DNA of 64,000 nucleotides. Origin: an uncultured Actinomycetes bacterium (GTDB lineage Bacteria > Actinomycetota > Thermoleophilia > Gaiellales > JAICJC01). Below, piece by piece: positions 17,247 through 26,451 of the stretch. The position numbers and the translations under genes were made by a program. The first letter of the stretch is position 1; the number at the start of each line of letters is the position of its first letter. The notes under the pieces were generated by a model, which saw only the letters and a program-made list of their open reading frames with translations, had not been told where the DNA came from and did no database searches. The DNA lies in assembly GCA_963720885.1 (NCBI GenBank), contig CAVRGW010000004.1, positions 18,674 to 82,673 on the forward strand. The letters are read 5' to 3'.

Positions 17247-18764
17247 ATGGCTGTTGCTTCGGTCGAGGAACGAGAACTCCTCAAGACGATCAGCTGGTTC
17301 GACGGGTTCGTGGTCGCGCTTGCGAACCCGAGCTTCCTGATCACCGCCATCGGCGGCTCCGCTCTCTCGCTGGGCGGCTGGGGGGCTGCGATCCTGTGGA
17401 CGGTCTCCGTCCTGCTCGGTGCGTTGCACAACTACATCTACTCCGAGACGGCGGCGATGTTCCCCAAGCTGTCGGGAGGCATCGCGATCTACGCCCACGA
17501 GGCGTGGAAGCGGTACTTCTCGTTCATCGGGCCGATCGCGGCGTTCGGCTACTGGATCGGCTGGTCGGTCGTGCTCTCGGCGACCGGCGTCGTGGTCGGG
17601 TTCTTCGTCCAGTACGAGTGGTATCCGTCTTCGGCGACCTCGACCAGCTGGAACCACACCTGGTCGGTGTTCGGCCAGACCATCTACTTCAGCTTCCCGA
17701 TCGCGCTGACGGCGCTGATCATCGTCATCATCTGGGCGTTCAATGTGTCGGGGATGCGGCCGGCGGTCTGGGTCGGCTACGTGACCGGCGCGCTGCTGAT
17801 GCTGCCGCTCGCGGTGATGATGTTCCTGCCCTACCTGACCGGCGACTGGCACAGCGCCAACATGCACAACAACATCAGTGCGACGGCGGACTCGCTGGGG
17901 GCAAGCAGCTTCACGCTGATCATCGTCTGGCTGTACGCGATGTGCTGGTCGGCCTACGGGATGGAGTGCTGTGCGACGTTCGCGCCGGAGTACCACGACA
18001 CCGCGCGCGACACGCCGAAGGCGCTGCGCGTGGCGGCCGTCTTCGGCGTGATCACCTACGGACTGCTGCCGATGGGCGCCATGGGCACCTTCGGCGACCA
18101 GAACCTCGACATCACCAACATCTACACGTTCATGCCCGACACGCTGCGCATCCTGCTTCCGGGGGCACTGGCCGGGCTGGCGGTCTTCTCGCTGTGCGCG
18201 GGCATCGTGCTCGCGATGAACACGGCGACCGCCGACGGATCGCGAGCGCTGTACGGCATCTCTCAGGACGGTATGACGATCCGCTGGCTGGGGAAGCTGA
18301 ACAGCAAGCACGTCCCGGCCAACGCGATGACGCTGGACGCCCTGATCAACCTGGCGCTGCTGTGCACGTACGCCTACGACCCCGAGGGAGCGATCAAGAT
18401 CCTGATCTTCTCGAACCTGGGGTACGTGACGTGCCACGTGTTCGCGATGTCGGGCTTCCTGCTGCTGCGCAAGGACCGGCCGAACTGGCCGCGACCGCTC
18501 AAGCTCAGTTCGATCTGGCTGCCGATCGCCGGCGCGCTTGCCGCGTTCGACGCGCTGCTGCTCGTCTGGGGCGGCTGGAACTCCGGCCTGGCGTGGGGCG
18601 ATACCAGCAAGACGATCGTGTTCCAGGGTATCGGCGTGCTGCTGATCGCCGCGGTGCTGTATGTCTACCGCGTCGTCGTTCAGGACAAGCGGCCGCTGGC
18701 GCTGCGCATCTGGGCGCCCAGCATGCCCGACGAGCAGCCGCCTGAGGGCGCGGTCACCGAGTAG
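17247..18764 (+). CDS. APC-superfamily amino acid/amine permease (module copy 2)
   Basis: Clear paralog of 14619-16193 (LLKTI.W.DGFV..LANP, ATFAPE, MNTAT.DGSRALY, SGFLLLRKDRP.WPRPLKL). ATG after GGAGG. Confidence 0.9.
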   Translation: MAVASVEERELLKTISWFDGFVVALANPSFLITAIGGSALSLGGWGAAILWTVSVLLGALHNYIYSETAAMFPKLSGGIAIYAHEAWKRYFSFIGPIAAFGYWIGWSVVLSATGVVVGFFVQYEWYPSSATSTSWNHTWSVFGQTIYFSFPIALTALIIVIIWAFNVSGMRPAVWVGYVTGALLMLPLAVMMFLPYLTGDWHSANMHNNISATADSLGASSFTLIIVWLYAMCWSAYGMECCATFAPEYHDTARDTPKALRVAAVFGVITYGLLPMGAMGTFGDQNLDITNIYTFMPDTLRILLPGALAGLAVFSLCAGIVLAMNTATADGSRALYGISQDGMTIRWLGKLNSKHVPANAMTLDALINLALLCTYAYDPEGAIKILIFSNLGYVTCHVFAMSGFLLLRKDRPNWPRPLKLSSIWLPIAGALAAFDALLLVWGGWNSGLAWGDTSKTIVFQGIGVLLIAAVLYVYRVVVQDKRPLALRIWAPSMPDEQPPEGAVTE

Positions 18765-18772
18765 ATCGGGAA

Positions 18773-18802
18773 GGGGTCAGGCACCGCCTGGTGCCTGACC
18801 CC
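18773..18802. repeat. REP-like hairpin or bidirectional terminator between convergent genes
   Basis: Perfect 13-bp stem GGGGTCAGGCACC-GCCT-GGTGCCTGACCCC. Confidence 0.8.
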
Positions 18803-18810
18803 CCGCCCCG

Positions 18811-20196
18811 TCAGCTGCCGCCGTTCTCGCCGGCCTCGGCCAGAAGGCGCTCTGCAAGCTCGCGCTTCTGGTCGGCCGAGAACTTCTTCAGCTCGTTGTT
18901 CAGCGCCCGCTGGTTGATGCTGACGTTCCAGTAGTCGAGCGAGTCGATGCCGAGCAGTGCCGTCTTGCCGACGAACTGCCGGAGCACCTCGTTGGTCGGG
19001 CCCATCACCCAGCCCGCCTTGCCGTCGCGCAGGTAGCGCTCCAGCTGCAGCGGCTCCTTCTTGAACGCGGTGCCGCCGCAGCAGTGGAGCATCTTGTCCA
19101 CCACGTGGGCGACGTTCTTCGCCGCGTTGAACTTGATCTGCCACAGCCAGGGCAGGTAGTTGCCGCGGGCCAGCTCGTTCGTGATCTTCTTCTGCGAGCC
19201 GTCCGTGACCCGGTCGAGCGCATTGGCCACGCTGAACACGAGGTTGCGGGAGGCGTTTGTGTCCATGATCGCCTCGCCGACCGCGTCCTGGATGGTCGGG
19301 TAGTCGCAGACGCGCAGCCCGACGTCCTTGTGGGTCTTGCGGGTGGTGTGCCGGCAGGCGATGTCGATCGCGCCCAGCGAGATGCCGTTCCACGTGCCCG
19401 ACGACCCGATCAGGAAGTTCGGGTCGACCGACTCGTCGTTGGAGAACGCGCCGTCGCCGACCTCGCCGACCAGCTGCTGCTCGGGGACGAACTTCCAGTC
19501 CAGCAGCAGCGTGCCCGACTGGTTGCCGCGCAGGCCCATCGCGTCCCACTCCTGCGGCTTGGCCTCGATCTCGTCCTTGTCCACCACGAACACGGACAGG
19601 TTCGAGTAGTCGCCGTTGTAGTCGGGCGACGTGGTCTGCAGGACGTAGAAGTCGGCGAACCCGGCCGACGTCGTCCACGAGGCCTTCTTCAGCACCTCGA
19701 AGCCACCGTCGACCCGGCGTGCGCCGGAGGCGATGGGGTACCAGAAGTGCGACCCGGTCTCCGGGTCGGAGTAGGAGAGGGTGCCGATCAGGCCCTCCCG
19801 GACTTTCTTCAGGTACTTCTCGATCGTGTACTCCGTGGCGCGGAGCTTGAGCGCCTCGACGGCGCCGATGTGCATCACGTAGCACATCGCGCACGATGCG
19901 TCGCCGTAGCGGGCGATCGCCTCGGTCACGTGTGCGTACATCACGTGGTTCTGGCCGAGGCCGCCCCACTCCTTGGGCAGCATCAGTCCGAGGAAGCCGT
20001 CTGGCCCCAGAGCCTCCAGGCTCTTCCGCGGGAACGTCAGCGTGCGATCGTTCTCGGCCGCAAGCGGCCGGATCGTCTCCTCGCAGATCTCCTTGAGCCG
20101 CTCGAGCAGCGCCTTCTGCTCGTCGTCGAGGAACCAGTCGGGATCGAACATCGGGTCGAGCCCGGACATAGCCGACTCGGGAGCGACCGTTGCCAT
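18811..20196 (-). CDS. Acyl-CoA dehydrogenase-family flavoprotein
   Basis: LPKEWGGLG, SYSDPETGS, K.SWTT, WDAMGLRGN.SG, LERYLRD, GPTNEVLR. Confidence 0.85.
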   Translation of the reverse strand: MATVAPESAMSGLDPMFDPDWFLDDEQKALLERLKEICEETIRPLAAENDRTLTFPRKSLEALGPDGFLGLMLPKEWGGLGQNHVMYAHVTEAIARYGDASCAMCYVMHIGAVEALKLRATEYTIEKYLKKVREGLIGTLSYSDPETGSHFWYPIASGARRVDGGFEVLKKASWTTSAGFADFYVLQTTSPDYNGDYSNLSVFVVDKDEIEAKPQEWDAMGLRGNQSGTLLLDWKFVPEQQLVGEVGDGAFSNDESVDPNFLIGSSGTWNGISLGAIDIACRHTTRKTHKDVGLRVCDYPTIQDAVGEAIMDTNASRNLVFSVANALDRVTDGSQKKITNELARGNYLPWLWQIKFNAAKNVAHVVDKMLHCCGGTAFKKEPLQLERYLRDGKAGWVMGPTNEVLRQFVGKTALLGIDSLDYWNVSINQRALNNELKKFSADQKRELAERLLAEAGENGGS

Positions 20197-20260
20197 GCAG
20201 CACCCCTCTCGTTTTTGAACTTCTCGGCCGCTAATCCTAGTCCCGCGGCCGAGTCGGGGT

Positions 20261-21520
20261 CTATGTAGGCGTCGCCACGTGGGCGGGCTCGCCGGTGTTC
20301 GGCGTCCACTCGCCCTCGGACAGGCGGAGCCGCCGCGCCAGTGCACCGGCCGTCGTGGCCTGCAGCAGCAGGGTGACGACGATGGCCGTTGCGACGATGC
20401 TGACGATCAGCTGGGCGTGCGGCGTGTGATTCGCGACGAGTAGTCCGGCGACCGCCGCGGGGACGACGCCGGTCTCGCGCGTCCAGCAGAGGAAGAGCTG
20501 TTCGGGCCGTGTCCAGCCGCCCCGCCGGTCGGGCAGCGTGCACGCGAACACGGCGACCGGGCGCGCGAACAGCAGGAACACCGCCAGCACGGCCAGCGTG
20601 GTCGCCAGGTTGTCCCACATCTCCGAGAGCGGCAGGTTTGCTCCCAGCGTGAGGAAGACCAGCATGGTCACGATGTCGGCCACGTTGGCGGTGAACACGT
20701 ACATCTCGCGCTGGTGGCGCGGGTTCATCTCGAGCCCGAAGCTCCGCATGTTGCCGACGATCAGCCCGGCGATGAACGCGCCCAGGTAGCCGCTGCCGTC
20801 GACCGACTCCAGCGAGAAGTAGCCGGCGGACACGGCCAGCAGCACCGCGATGGCCGGCGACTCGCGCCAGATCCCCGAGCGCTTGCTGCAGATCGCCAGC
20901 GCGAGCGCGAAGCCGATGGCTACGCCGAGCACGGTGCTGAAGACGAGGTTGCGGGCGAAGTCGGCCACCTCCCCGGTGATCGAGACGTCGCCTGTACGGA
21001 CGACGCCCGCCACTGCCAGGGCGAGGATCGCGCCGGTCGGGTCGTTGAAGGCGGACTCGGCGATCACCGTCTGTGCCAGCTTGGTCGAGACCCGGGTGCG
21101 CGCGAACAGGGGGATCAAGATCGCCGGGTCGGTGGGTGCGAGCACCGCGCCAATCAGCAGCGCGGCGTCCGCCGGCAGCCCGAAGGCGATCCCAGCGGCT
21201 GTTCCTGTGATGGCCGCCGTGATCATCACTCCCGGCACGACCAGCATGCCCAGCCCGACCGACACCGTCCGCAGCAGCGGCAACGAGAGCCCGAGGCCGC
21301 CGTAGAAGAGGATGAACGCGACCCCGACGGTCAGGATCATGCTGGCGCCGACCGAGTCCAGCGGGATGTCGATCGCATCCAGTCCCGAGGGCCCCACAGC
21401 TACCCCCAGCCCCACCATCAGGACGATCTCGGGCACGTGCACCAGGTCGCCGACCAGCCGGGCGACCAGGCCGCAGGCGAGGATCAACGACAGGGTCTGG
21501 ATGACGTCATGCGCCGACAC
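20261..21520 (-). CDS. Cation:proton antiporter (CPA1/NhaP family)
   Basis: ILFYGGL, LAPTDPA, ESAFNDP, SGYLGAFIAG, ARP. Confidence 0.88.
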   Translation of the reverse strand: MSAHDVIQTLSLILACGLVARLVGDLVHVPEIVLMVGLGVAVGPSGLDAIDIPLDSVGASMILTVGVAFILFYGGLGLSLPLLRTVSVGLGMLVVPGVMITAAITGTAAGIAFGLPADAALLIGAVLAPTDPAILIPLFARTRVSTKLAQTVIAESAFNDPTGAILALAVAGVVRTGDVSITGEVADFARNLVFSTVLGVAIGFALALAICSKRSGIWRESPAIAVLLAVSAGYFSLESVDGSGYLGAFIAGLIVGNMRSFGLEMNPRHQREMYVFTANVADIVTMLVFLTLGANLPLSEMWDNLATTLAVLAVFLLFARPVAVFACTLPDRRGGWTRPEQLFLCWTRETGVVPAAVAGLLVANHTPHAQLIVSIVATAIVVTLLLQATTAGALARRLRLSEGEWTPNTGEPAHVATPT

Positions 21521-21575
21521 GTGCCGCGATGATAGAGGTCGGGCCCCTTGATCTTCGCGCCGGGAATTGCGGACG

Positions 21576-21821
21576 ATGCGGCTCCTGGCGATGGCGGTTC
21601 TCTATTACTTCTCGGTGACGCAGGGCGGCGTGCCGGCTCTGATCGGCCTGTCGCTCCTCCTCGCGGTCTATCTCGCGATCGTCGAGGTGAGGCCCCTCGA
21701 CTCGTCCTTCCGCGTCAAGGCTTGGTGGGTGAGCCTGGTGTTCCTCACCCACTTCATCGGCTACCTGACCCTGCGCGCGTACGTGTTCCTGCGGCGCCGT
21801 ATGGACAGCGCACCGGGATGA
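21576..21821 (+). CDS. Small hydrophobic membrane protein
   Basis: About 81-aa ORF with 2-3 hydrophobic segments and an ATGA overlap with the next gene. Start uncertain. Confidence 0.5.
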   Translation: MRLLAMAVLYYFSVTQGGVPALIGLSLLLAVYLAIVEVRPLDSSFRVKAWWVSLVFLTHFIGYLTLRAYVFLRRRMDSAPG

Positions 21822-22147
21822 TCGCCAGTGCGCGGCGCTTCGTGCGGCCGCCGCTCGTGGCCGGCATCCTGCTGCTCGCGCTGATCGCGTTCGCATCCCG
21901 GGCATGCGACCAGAGCCGGGTGTCCGTCAGCCAGACCGAGGCGGTGGCAACCGCCCGCACCCAGATCGACTACCGGCCGGACGGGCACAGCGTCCGCTTC
22001 CTGCGCCGCGGGCTGACCCAGCATCCCTACTGGGCGGTGTCGCTGTGGACACGCAGCCCGAATGGCGACGGCTACGAGCGCGTCACCGTGGTCGTGGTCG
22101 ACGCCCGCAGCGGGGAGATCTCCGAGATCACTCGCAGTCGCGCCTGA
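21818..22147 (+). CDS. Exported or membrane-anchored small protein, PepSY-like
   Basis: Signal-like N-terminus, VSQTEAVATA..YWAVSL..VVVDARSGEI. Confidence 0.6.
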   Translation: MIASARRFVRPPLVAGILLLALIAFASRACDQSRVSVSQTEAVATARTQIDYRPDGHSVRFLRRGLTQHPYWAVSLWTRSPNGDGYERVTVVVVDARSGEISEITRSRA

Positions 22148-22345
22148 CGGTAGATGGGTGTTTTCACCCATAACCCGCGGGTCCATTTCGCCCGGCCCGT
22201 CATGTAGTGTCGGCGCGCAAGTTTCGTCCCGCCGGTTGCTCCCGGCGGTGATCACGGCCCTGGCGAAAGGTGGTGGTTGGTCGATGACGACCGATCTCGT
22301 GGTGCGCGCCGCGTGCGATGGCATGCGTTGCTTGGAGGGTGAGCG

Positions 22346-23773
22346 ATGACCGGCATGCTGGCTGTGACGCTGGACGCGCTCGCCGACCTCGACGCGAAGG
22401 TGTCGCTCGACAGCCAGATCCTCCAGGAGCAGTTCTACTTCTGGACGGTCGTGGTGATGTGGCTGATCCACGCCGGCTTCATGTCGTACGAGGCGGGCGC
22501 CGCCCGGCGCAAGAACGTGATGTCGACGGCGATCAAGAACATCCTGACGATCGCCGTCGTTACCCCGGCGTTCTACTACTTCGGCTGGTGGATCTACGGC
22601 TGCATGGAGACGGGCCTGATCCCGCAGGGTCCTGACAGCACCCAGGCCGGCCTGAACTTCTGCTCGTCGACCTATCCGTGGTCGGCGGCGATGGGACCGG
22701 ATCTGGACGACCACCTCAGCGCAGTGTTCTGGGGCGCCTTCCTGCTGTTCTCATGGACGACCGGCTCGATCATGTCGGGTGCCATCATCGAGCGGGCCAG
22801 GCTGACCGCATACCTGGTCCTGACGGTCATCCTCGGCTCGGTGATCTGGATCCTCGACGCCGCCTGGGGCTGGAGCGCCGGCGGGTGGCTGACGACCGGA
22901 TTCGGGTTCCACGACAGCATCGCCTCGTCGGTGGTGCACGGCGTGGCCGGCGCGTTCACCCTGGGGGTGCTGTTCCAGGTCGGTCCAAGGATCGGGAAGT
23001 ACGACGTGATGGGGCGCGCCAGGACGTTCCGACCGCACAACCTGCATCTGACGCTGCTCGGTCTGATGCTGATCTTCACCGGCTTCTACGCCTTCTATGC
23101 GGCGTGCCTGGTGATCACATCGACGTCCTTCCCCGGATGGCTCAACATCTACCTGTCGCCGACCACGCTCGGGTCGATCATGTTCGCGATCACGATCGGG
23201 TTCGCAGGCGGATTCACCGGCGGCTACTTCGCCAGCCGCGGCGACCCATTCTGGACGCTCTCCGGCGGCCTCGCCGGGGTGATCTCGGTCTCGGCGGGCG
23301 CCGATGTCTACGCCCCGACGCTCGACTATCTGATCGCGATGCTCGGCGGCGGCCTGGCGGTCTACGCAGGTGGGCTGATCGAGAAGCGGTGGAGGGTCGA
23401 CGATGCCGTCGGGGCGGTGGCTGTCCATGGCGTGTGCGGGTTCTTCGGGATCATCGCCGTCGGGTTGTTCGCCACCGGCTACCCGACGGGCATCAACAAC
23501 GTCTCCTCCAGCTTCGGCGGTCAGATGATGGGCCTGATGACGTTCCTCCCACTCGGGTTCTTCGGCGGGTACATCCCGGCTCTCATCCTCAAGAAGGCCG
23601 GGCTGCTGCGCGTTCCGCCCGAAGTCGAGATGGAGGGCCTGGACATCGCCGAGTTCGGCGCGGACTTCTTCCCGGAGTTCGCTCATCCGCCCGAGGTGAT
23701 CGTCATGCCGGACGGCGAGATCGTCGAGGCCGCACCGGTGCTCGCCGAGGCCTACGGGCAGGTGCGGCGATGA
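22346..23773 (+). CDS. amt: Ammonium/methylammonium transporter (Amt family, divergent)
   Basis: AGF..YEAG..RRKN, IMSGAIIER, VVH, GPRIGKY, DDAVGAVAVHG, LRV..E.EGLD. Confidence 0.9.
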   Translation: MTGMLAVTLDALADLDAKVSLDSQILQEQFYFWTVVVMWLIHAGFMSYEAGAARRKNVMSTAIKNILTIAVVTPAFYYFGWWIYGCMETGLIPQGPDSTQAGLNFCSSTYPWSAAMGPDLDDHLSAVFWGAFLLFSWTTGSIMSGAIIERARLTAYLVLTVILGSVIWILDAAWGWSAGGWLTTGFGFHDSIASSVVHGVAGAFTLGVLFQVGPRIGKYDVMGRARTFRPHNLHLTLLGLMLIFTGFYAFYAACLVITSTSFPGWLNIYLSPTTLGSIMFAITIGFAGGFTGGYFASRGDPFWTLSGGLAGVISVSAGADVYAPTLDYLIAMLGGGLAVYAGGLIEKRWRVDDAVGAVAVHGVCGFFGIIAVGLFATGYPTGINNVSSSFGGQMMGLMTFLPLGFFGGYIPALILKKAGLLRVPPEVEMEGLDIAEFGADFFPEFAHPPEVIVMPDGEIVEAAPVLAEAYGQVRR

Positions 23774-23916
23774 GCGGCACGACGCAGCTGATCCTGGCAA
23801 TTCTCACGCAGATCGCCGTCGTCGGCTTTCTCTTCCGGTGGATGTTCCGCAAGGATCGCCGGCTGAGGGAGGAACGGCGTGCGGCCGACCGAAGGAGGGA
23901 GCCGCATGGCGCTTGA
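23770..23916 (+). CDS. 48-aa single-TM protein
   Basis: ATGA overlap with the amt stop. MSGTTQLILAILTQIAVVGFLFRWMF followed by a basic tail. Confidence 0.55.
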   Translation: MSGTTQLILAILTQIAVVGFLFRWMFRKDRRLREERRAADRRREPHGA

Positions 23917-24217
23917 GACAGCACCTGACTGCATCGTGCAGAACGTCCCGCCCGACGCCGGGACCGTGAAGCCGTTCGAGGAGTGCCTGAACGGGTTCTT
24001 CACCTTCGGGCCGGGCGGCGCCCTGAACGCCGACCACCCGCAGACCAACCCGTTCTGGCTGGGAGCCAGCACGGGGACCATCGTCCTGGTGATCATCGGA
24101 TTCGTCGCGTTCATCGTCGTGATGATCGCGTGGGTCAGGTTCGAGAACGGCAAGCTCCAGGATCAGGCCGCACGCCTTCGCGCGACCGGCAAGGTGCCGA
24201 CTCCGGAGCAGCTGTGA
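23906..24217 (+). CDS. 103-aa single-TM protein
   Basis: AAGGAGG RBS. Two Cys in the N-terminal part, TM segment TIVLVIIGFVAFIVVMIAWV. Confidence 0.7.
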   Translation: MALETAPDCIVQNVPPDAGTVKPFEECLNGFFTFGPGGALNADHPQTNPFWLGASTGTIVLVIIGFVAFIVVMIAWVRFENGKLQDQAARLRATGKVPTPEQL

Positions 24218-24229
24218 TGAGGGGGAGCA

Positions 24230-24370
24230 ATGGCTGAGAAACAGATCGAGTTCGAACCCATGCAGACCCACGTCAAGCGGTTCGAGCAGGTGATGATTGC
24301 CATCTGCCTGGTCTGCATCGTGATCGTCGTGGTGATCACGCAGTTCACGACGTGGGGGACGCAGAACTGA
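24230..24370 (+). CDS. 46-aa single-TM protein (absent from the ORF track)
   Basis: GGGGAG RBS. Translated by hand: MAEKQIEFEPMQTHVKRFEQVMIAICLVCIVIVVVITQFTTWGTQN. Confidence 0.65.
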   Translation: MAEKQIEFEPMQTHVKRFEQVMIAICLVCIVIVVVITQFTTWGTQN

Positions 24371-24374
24371 GCAC

Positions 24375-24418
24375 GCGCCGCCGGGTGTGAGGGCAGCGGC
24401 CGTCACACCCGGCGGTGC
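24375..24418 (+). terminator. Strong hairpin closing the amt operon
   Basis: GCGCCGCCGGGTGTGA-N12-TCACACCCGGCGGTGC. No U-tract. Confidence 0.55.
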
Positions 24419-24579
24419 ACCGTCGGTAGGAACTTGCGCGACGCGCTCCGACGACGTACAACCTCCGTGTCTGCCGGCGCGCCCCCGCCGCGAGGAAACC
24501 GCCTCGCCAGGGCCGTGGACGCGTGCGTGTGGGGTGCCCGGCGGACACCTCTCCGCTGGTGGAGATGTACGATCTGTAC

Positions 24580-26379
24580 ATGTCCGAAACGGACACACTC
24601 GAGGTCGGGGAGCGGGCCGGCCGGAGCGTCGACGCCCGCTACCTGTACCAGATCATCAACACGGTCAGCTCCTCGCTCGACCTCGACCGGGTGCTGCGCG
24701 CGATCGTCGACCTGGTCAGCGAGGCAATCGACTGCCATGCGTGTTTCGTGTACTTCGTCGAGCCCGACGACGGATCGCTGGTGCTGCGCGCCGTGTCCGA
24801 TCCGTATGGCGATCTGGCGGGGCGGCTGCGGTTCGAGCGCGGCGAGGGCCTGGCCGGCTGGGTGGCCGAGCACGACCAGCCGCTGTTCATCACGGACAAC
24901 GCGCTCGCCGACCCGCGGATCAAGATCGTTCCGGAGGCCGAGGAGGAGAAGTACCAGTCCTTCTGCGCCGCGCCGCTGCGCCTCAAGTCCGGCCATGTGA
25001 TCGGCGTGATTGCGCTGCACGCGGAGGCGCCACGGGAGTTTCGGCGCGCCGACTCCGACTTCCTGGTGCACGCCGCCAGCCTGGTCGCGGGCGCGATCGA
25101 GAACGCGCGCCTCTACGAGGACACCCGCCGCCGGCTGGCGCTGGTCGAGGGGCTTGCCGACCTGGCTCGCGCCGTCTCGGCCGCCCCCGGCGAGGACGCG
25201 CTCCTGCCCGCGGTCGCGAAGCGGGCGCACCGGCTGCTGGGCGCCGAGCAGTGCGACGTGCTGGTGCTGGAGGACGGCGGCCGCCTGCGGGTGGGCGCCG
25301 CGTGGCCGCTTCGCGAGGACACGAGCCGGCCGCTGGACGCCAACGAGCTGGGCCTCGAGCTGGCCAAGTCCGCACGGCGGGGCGGTGACGCCGGCCGCCG
25401 GCTGGCGTCGATCCTGTGGGGCGAGGAGGCGGCCGGCACGCCGATGGTCGTGCCGATGGTGGTGACCGACGACCTGGTCGGCTTCCTGGCGCTGCGGATG
25501 CCCGAGCACCGGGCCGCGTCCGAGGCGCGCGAGATCGCGTCGTCCGTCGCCGGCCAGACCGCCGTCGCGATCCGCCGGGTGCACCTGATCGACCGGCTGA
25601 CGGAGCGCAACGCGATCAAGGATCTGTTCGAGGACCTGTCGCATCGCGGCGGGTCGGCGCCCGACCTGGCCGAGCGCGCCCGCGCTCTCGGCTGCGATCT
25701 CGACCAGCCCCATGTCGTGCTCCAAGCCGCCACCCGCGCCGGCACCGCCCAGGAGCCCTGGGAGGTCGCCGCCGAATCCTTCGAGACGGCCGTCGTGCGA
25801 GCGTTCCCCGGCTCGCTGTTCGACCAGCGCGACGCGGCCCTCCGCGGGCTGGTGCGGCTGCGCGGCGGTGACGAGCGGGCGGCGCTCGAGAAGCTGCGTG
25901 AGATCCATGCGTCCGTGGCCGACCGCCACCCGCTGGCCGTCGGCGTGTCCGACCCGTGCCAGGGGCCGGCGACGTTCGCCACCGGCTTCGAGGAGGCCGA
26001 CCACGCCGTCGCCGCGGCGGCGCTGGTCAGCGCCGACCCCGGTGTCGTCGGCTTCGACGACCTGGGCGCCTACAAGTACCTGCTGCGCGTCGCGCAGGAC
26101 GGACGCGTCCGCGACCGCCGGGGCGAGGCGCTGCAGCGGCTGGCCGAATACGACCGTCGCCACCAGGCCCAGCTGCTGCTCACGCTGGAGGAGTACCTGC
26201 GCCGGCGGGGGAACATCGCGGCCGCCGCGCAGACCCTGTACGTGCACCCGAACACGCTGCGCCAGCGGCTCCGCCGGATCCAGGACCTGACCGGCCTCGA
26301 TGTCGCCGACGAGGACTGGCTGATGATCGAGATCGAGCTCAAGCTGCTCCGCCTGGAGCAGGCGCTGGGCGCGGGCTGA
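24580..26379 (+). CDS. GAF-domain PucR/CdaR-family transcriptional regulator
   Basis: N-terminal GAF (GEGLAGWVA..ADPR, IENARLYE), second GAF-like region, C-terminal LL.TL..YL...GN...AA..LYVHPNTLRQRL.RI. Confidence 0.88.
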   Translation: MSETDTLEVGERAGRSVDARYLYQIINTVSSSLDLDRVLRAIVDLVSEAIDCHACFVYFVEPDDGSLVLRAVSDPYGDLAGRLRFERGEGLAGWVAEHDQPLFITDNALADPRIKIVPEAEEEKYQSFCAAPLRLKSGHVIGVIALHAEAPREFRRADSDFLVHAASLVAGAIENARLYEDTRRRLALVEGLADLARAVSAAPGEDALLPAVAKRAHRLLGAEQCDVLVLEDGGRLRVGAAWPLREDTSRPLDANELGLELAKSARRGGDAGRRLASILWGEEAAGTPMVVPMVVTDDLVGFLALRMPEHRAASEAREIASSVAGQTAVAIRRVHLIDRLTERNAIKDLFEDLSHRGGSAPDLAERARALGCDLDQPHVVLQAATRAGTAQEPWEVAAESFETAVVRAFPGSLFDQRDAALRGLVRLRGGDERAALEKLREIHASVADRHPLAVGVSDPCQGPATFATGFEEADHAVAAAALVSADPGVVGFDDLGAYKYLLRVAQDGRVRDRRGEALQRLAEYDRRHQAQLLLTLEEYLRRRGNIAAAAQTLYVHPNTLRQRLRRIQDLTGLDVADEDWLMIEIELKLLRLEQALGAG

Positions 26380-26451
26380 GCTCCCCTTTCCCCGGCCGCC
26401 GATTCGTGACATCCTGACCCGTCTGCCGCGTCGGGAGGAGGAGATCGAACG

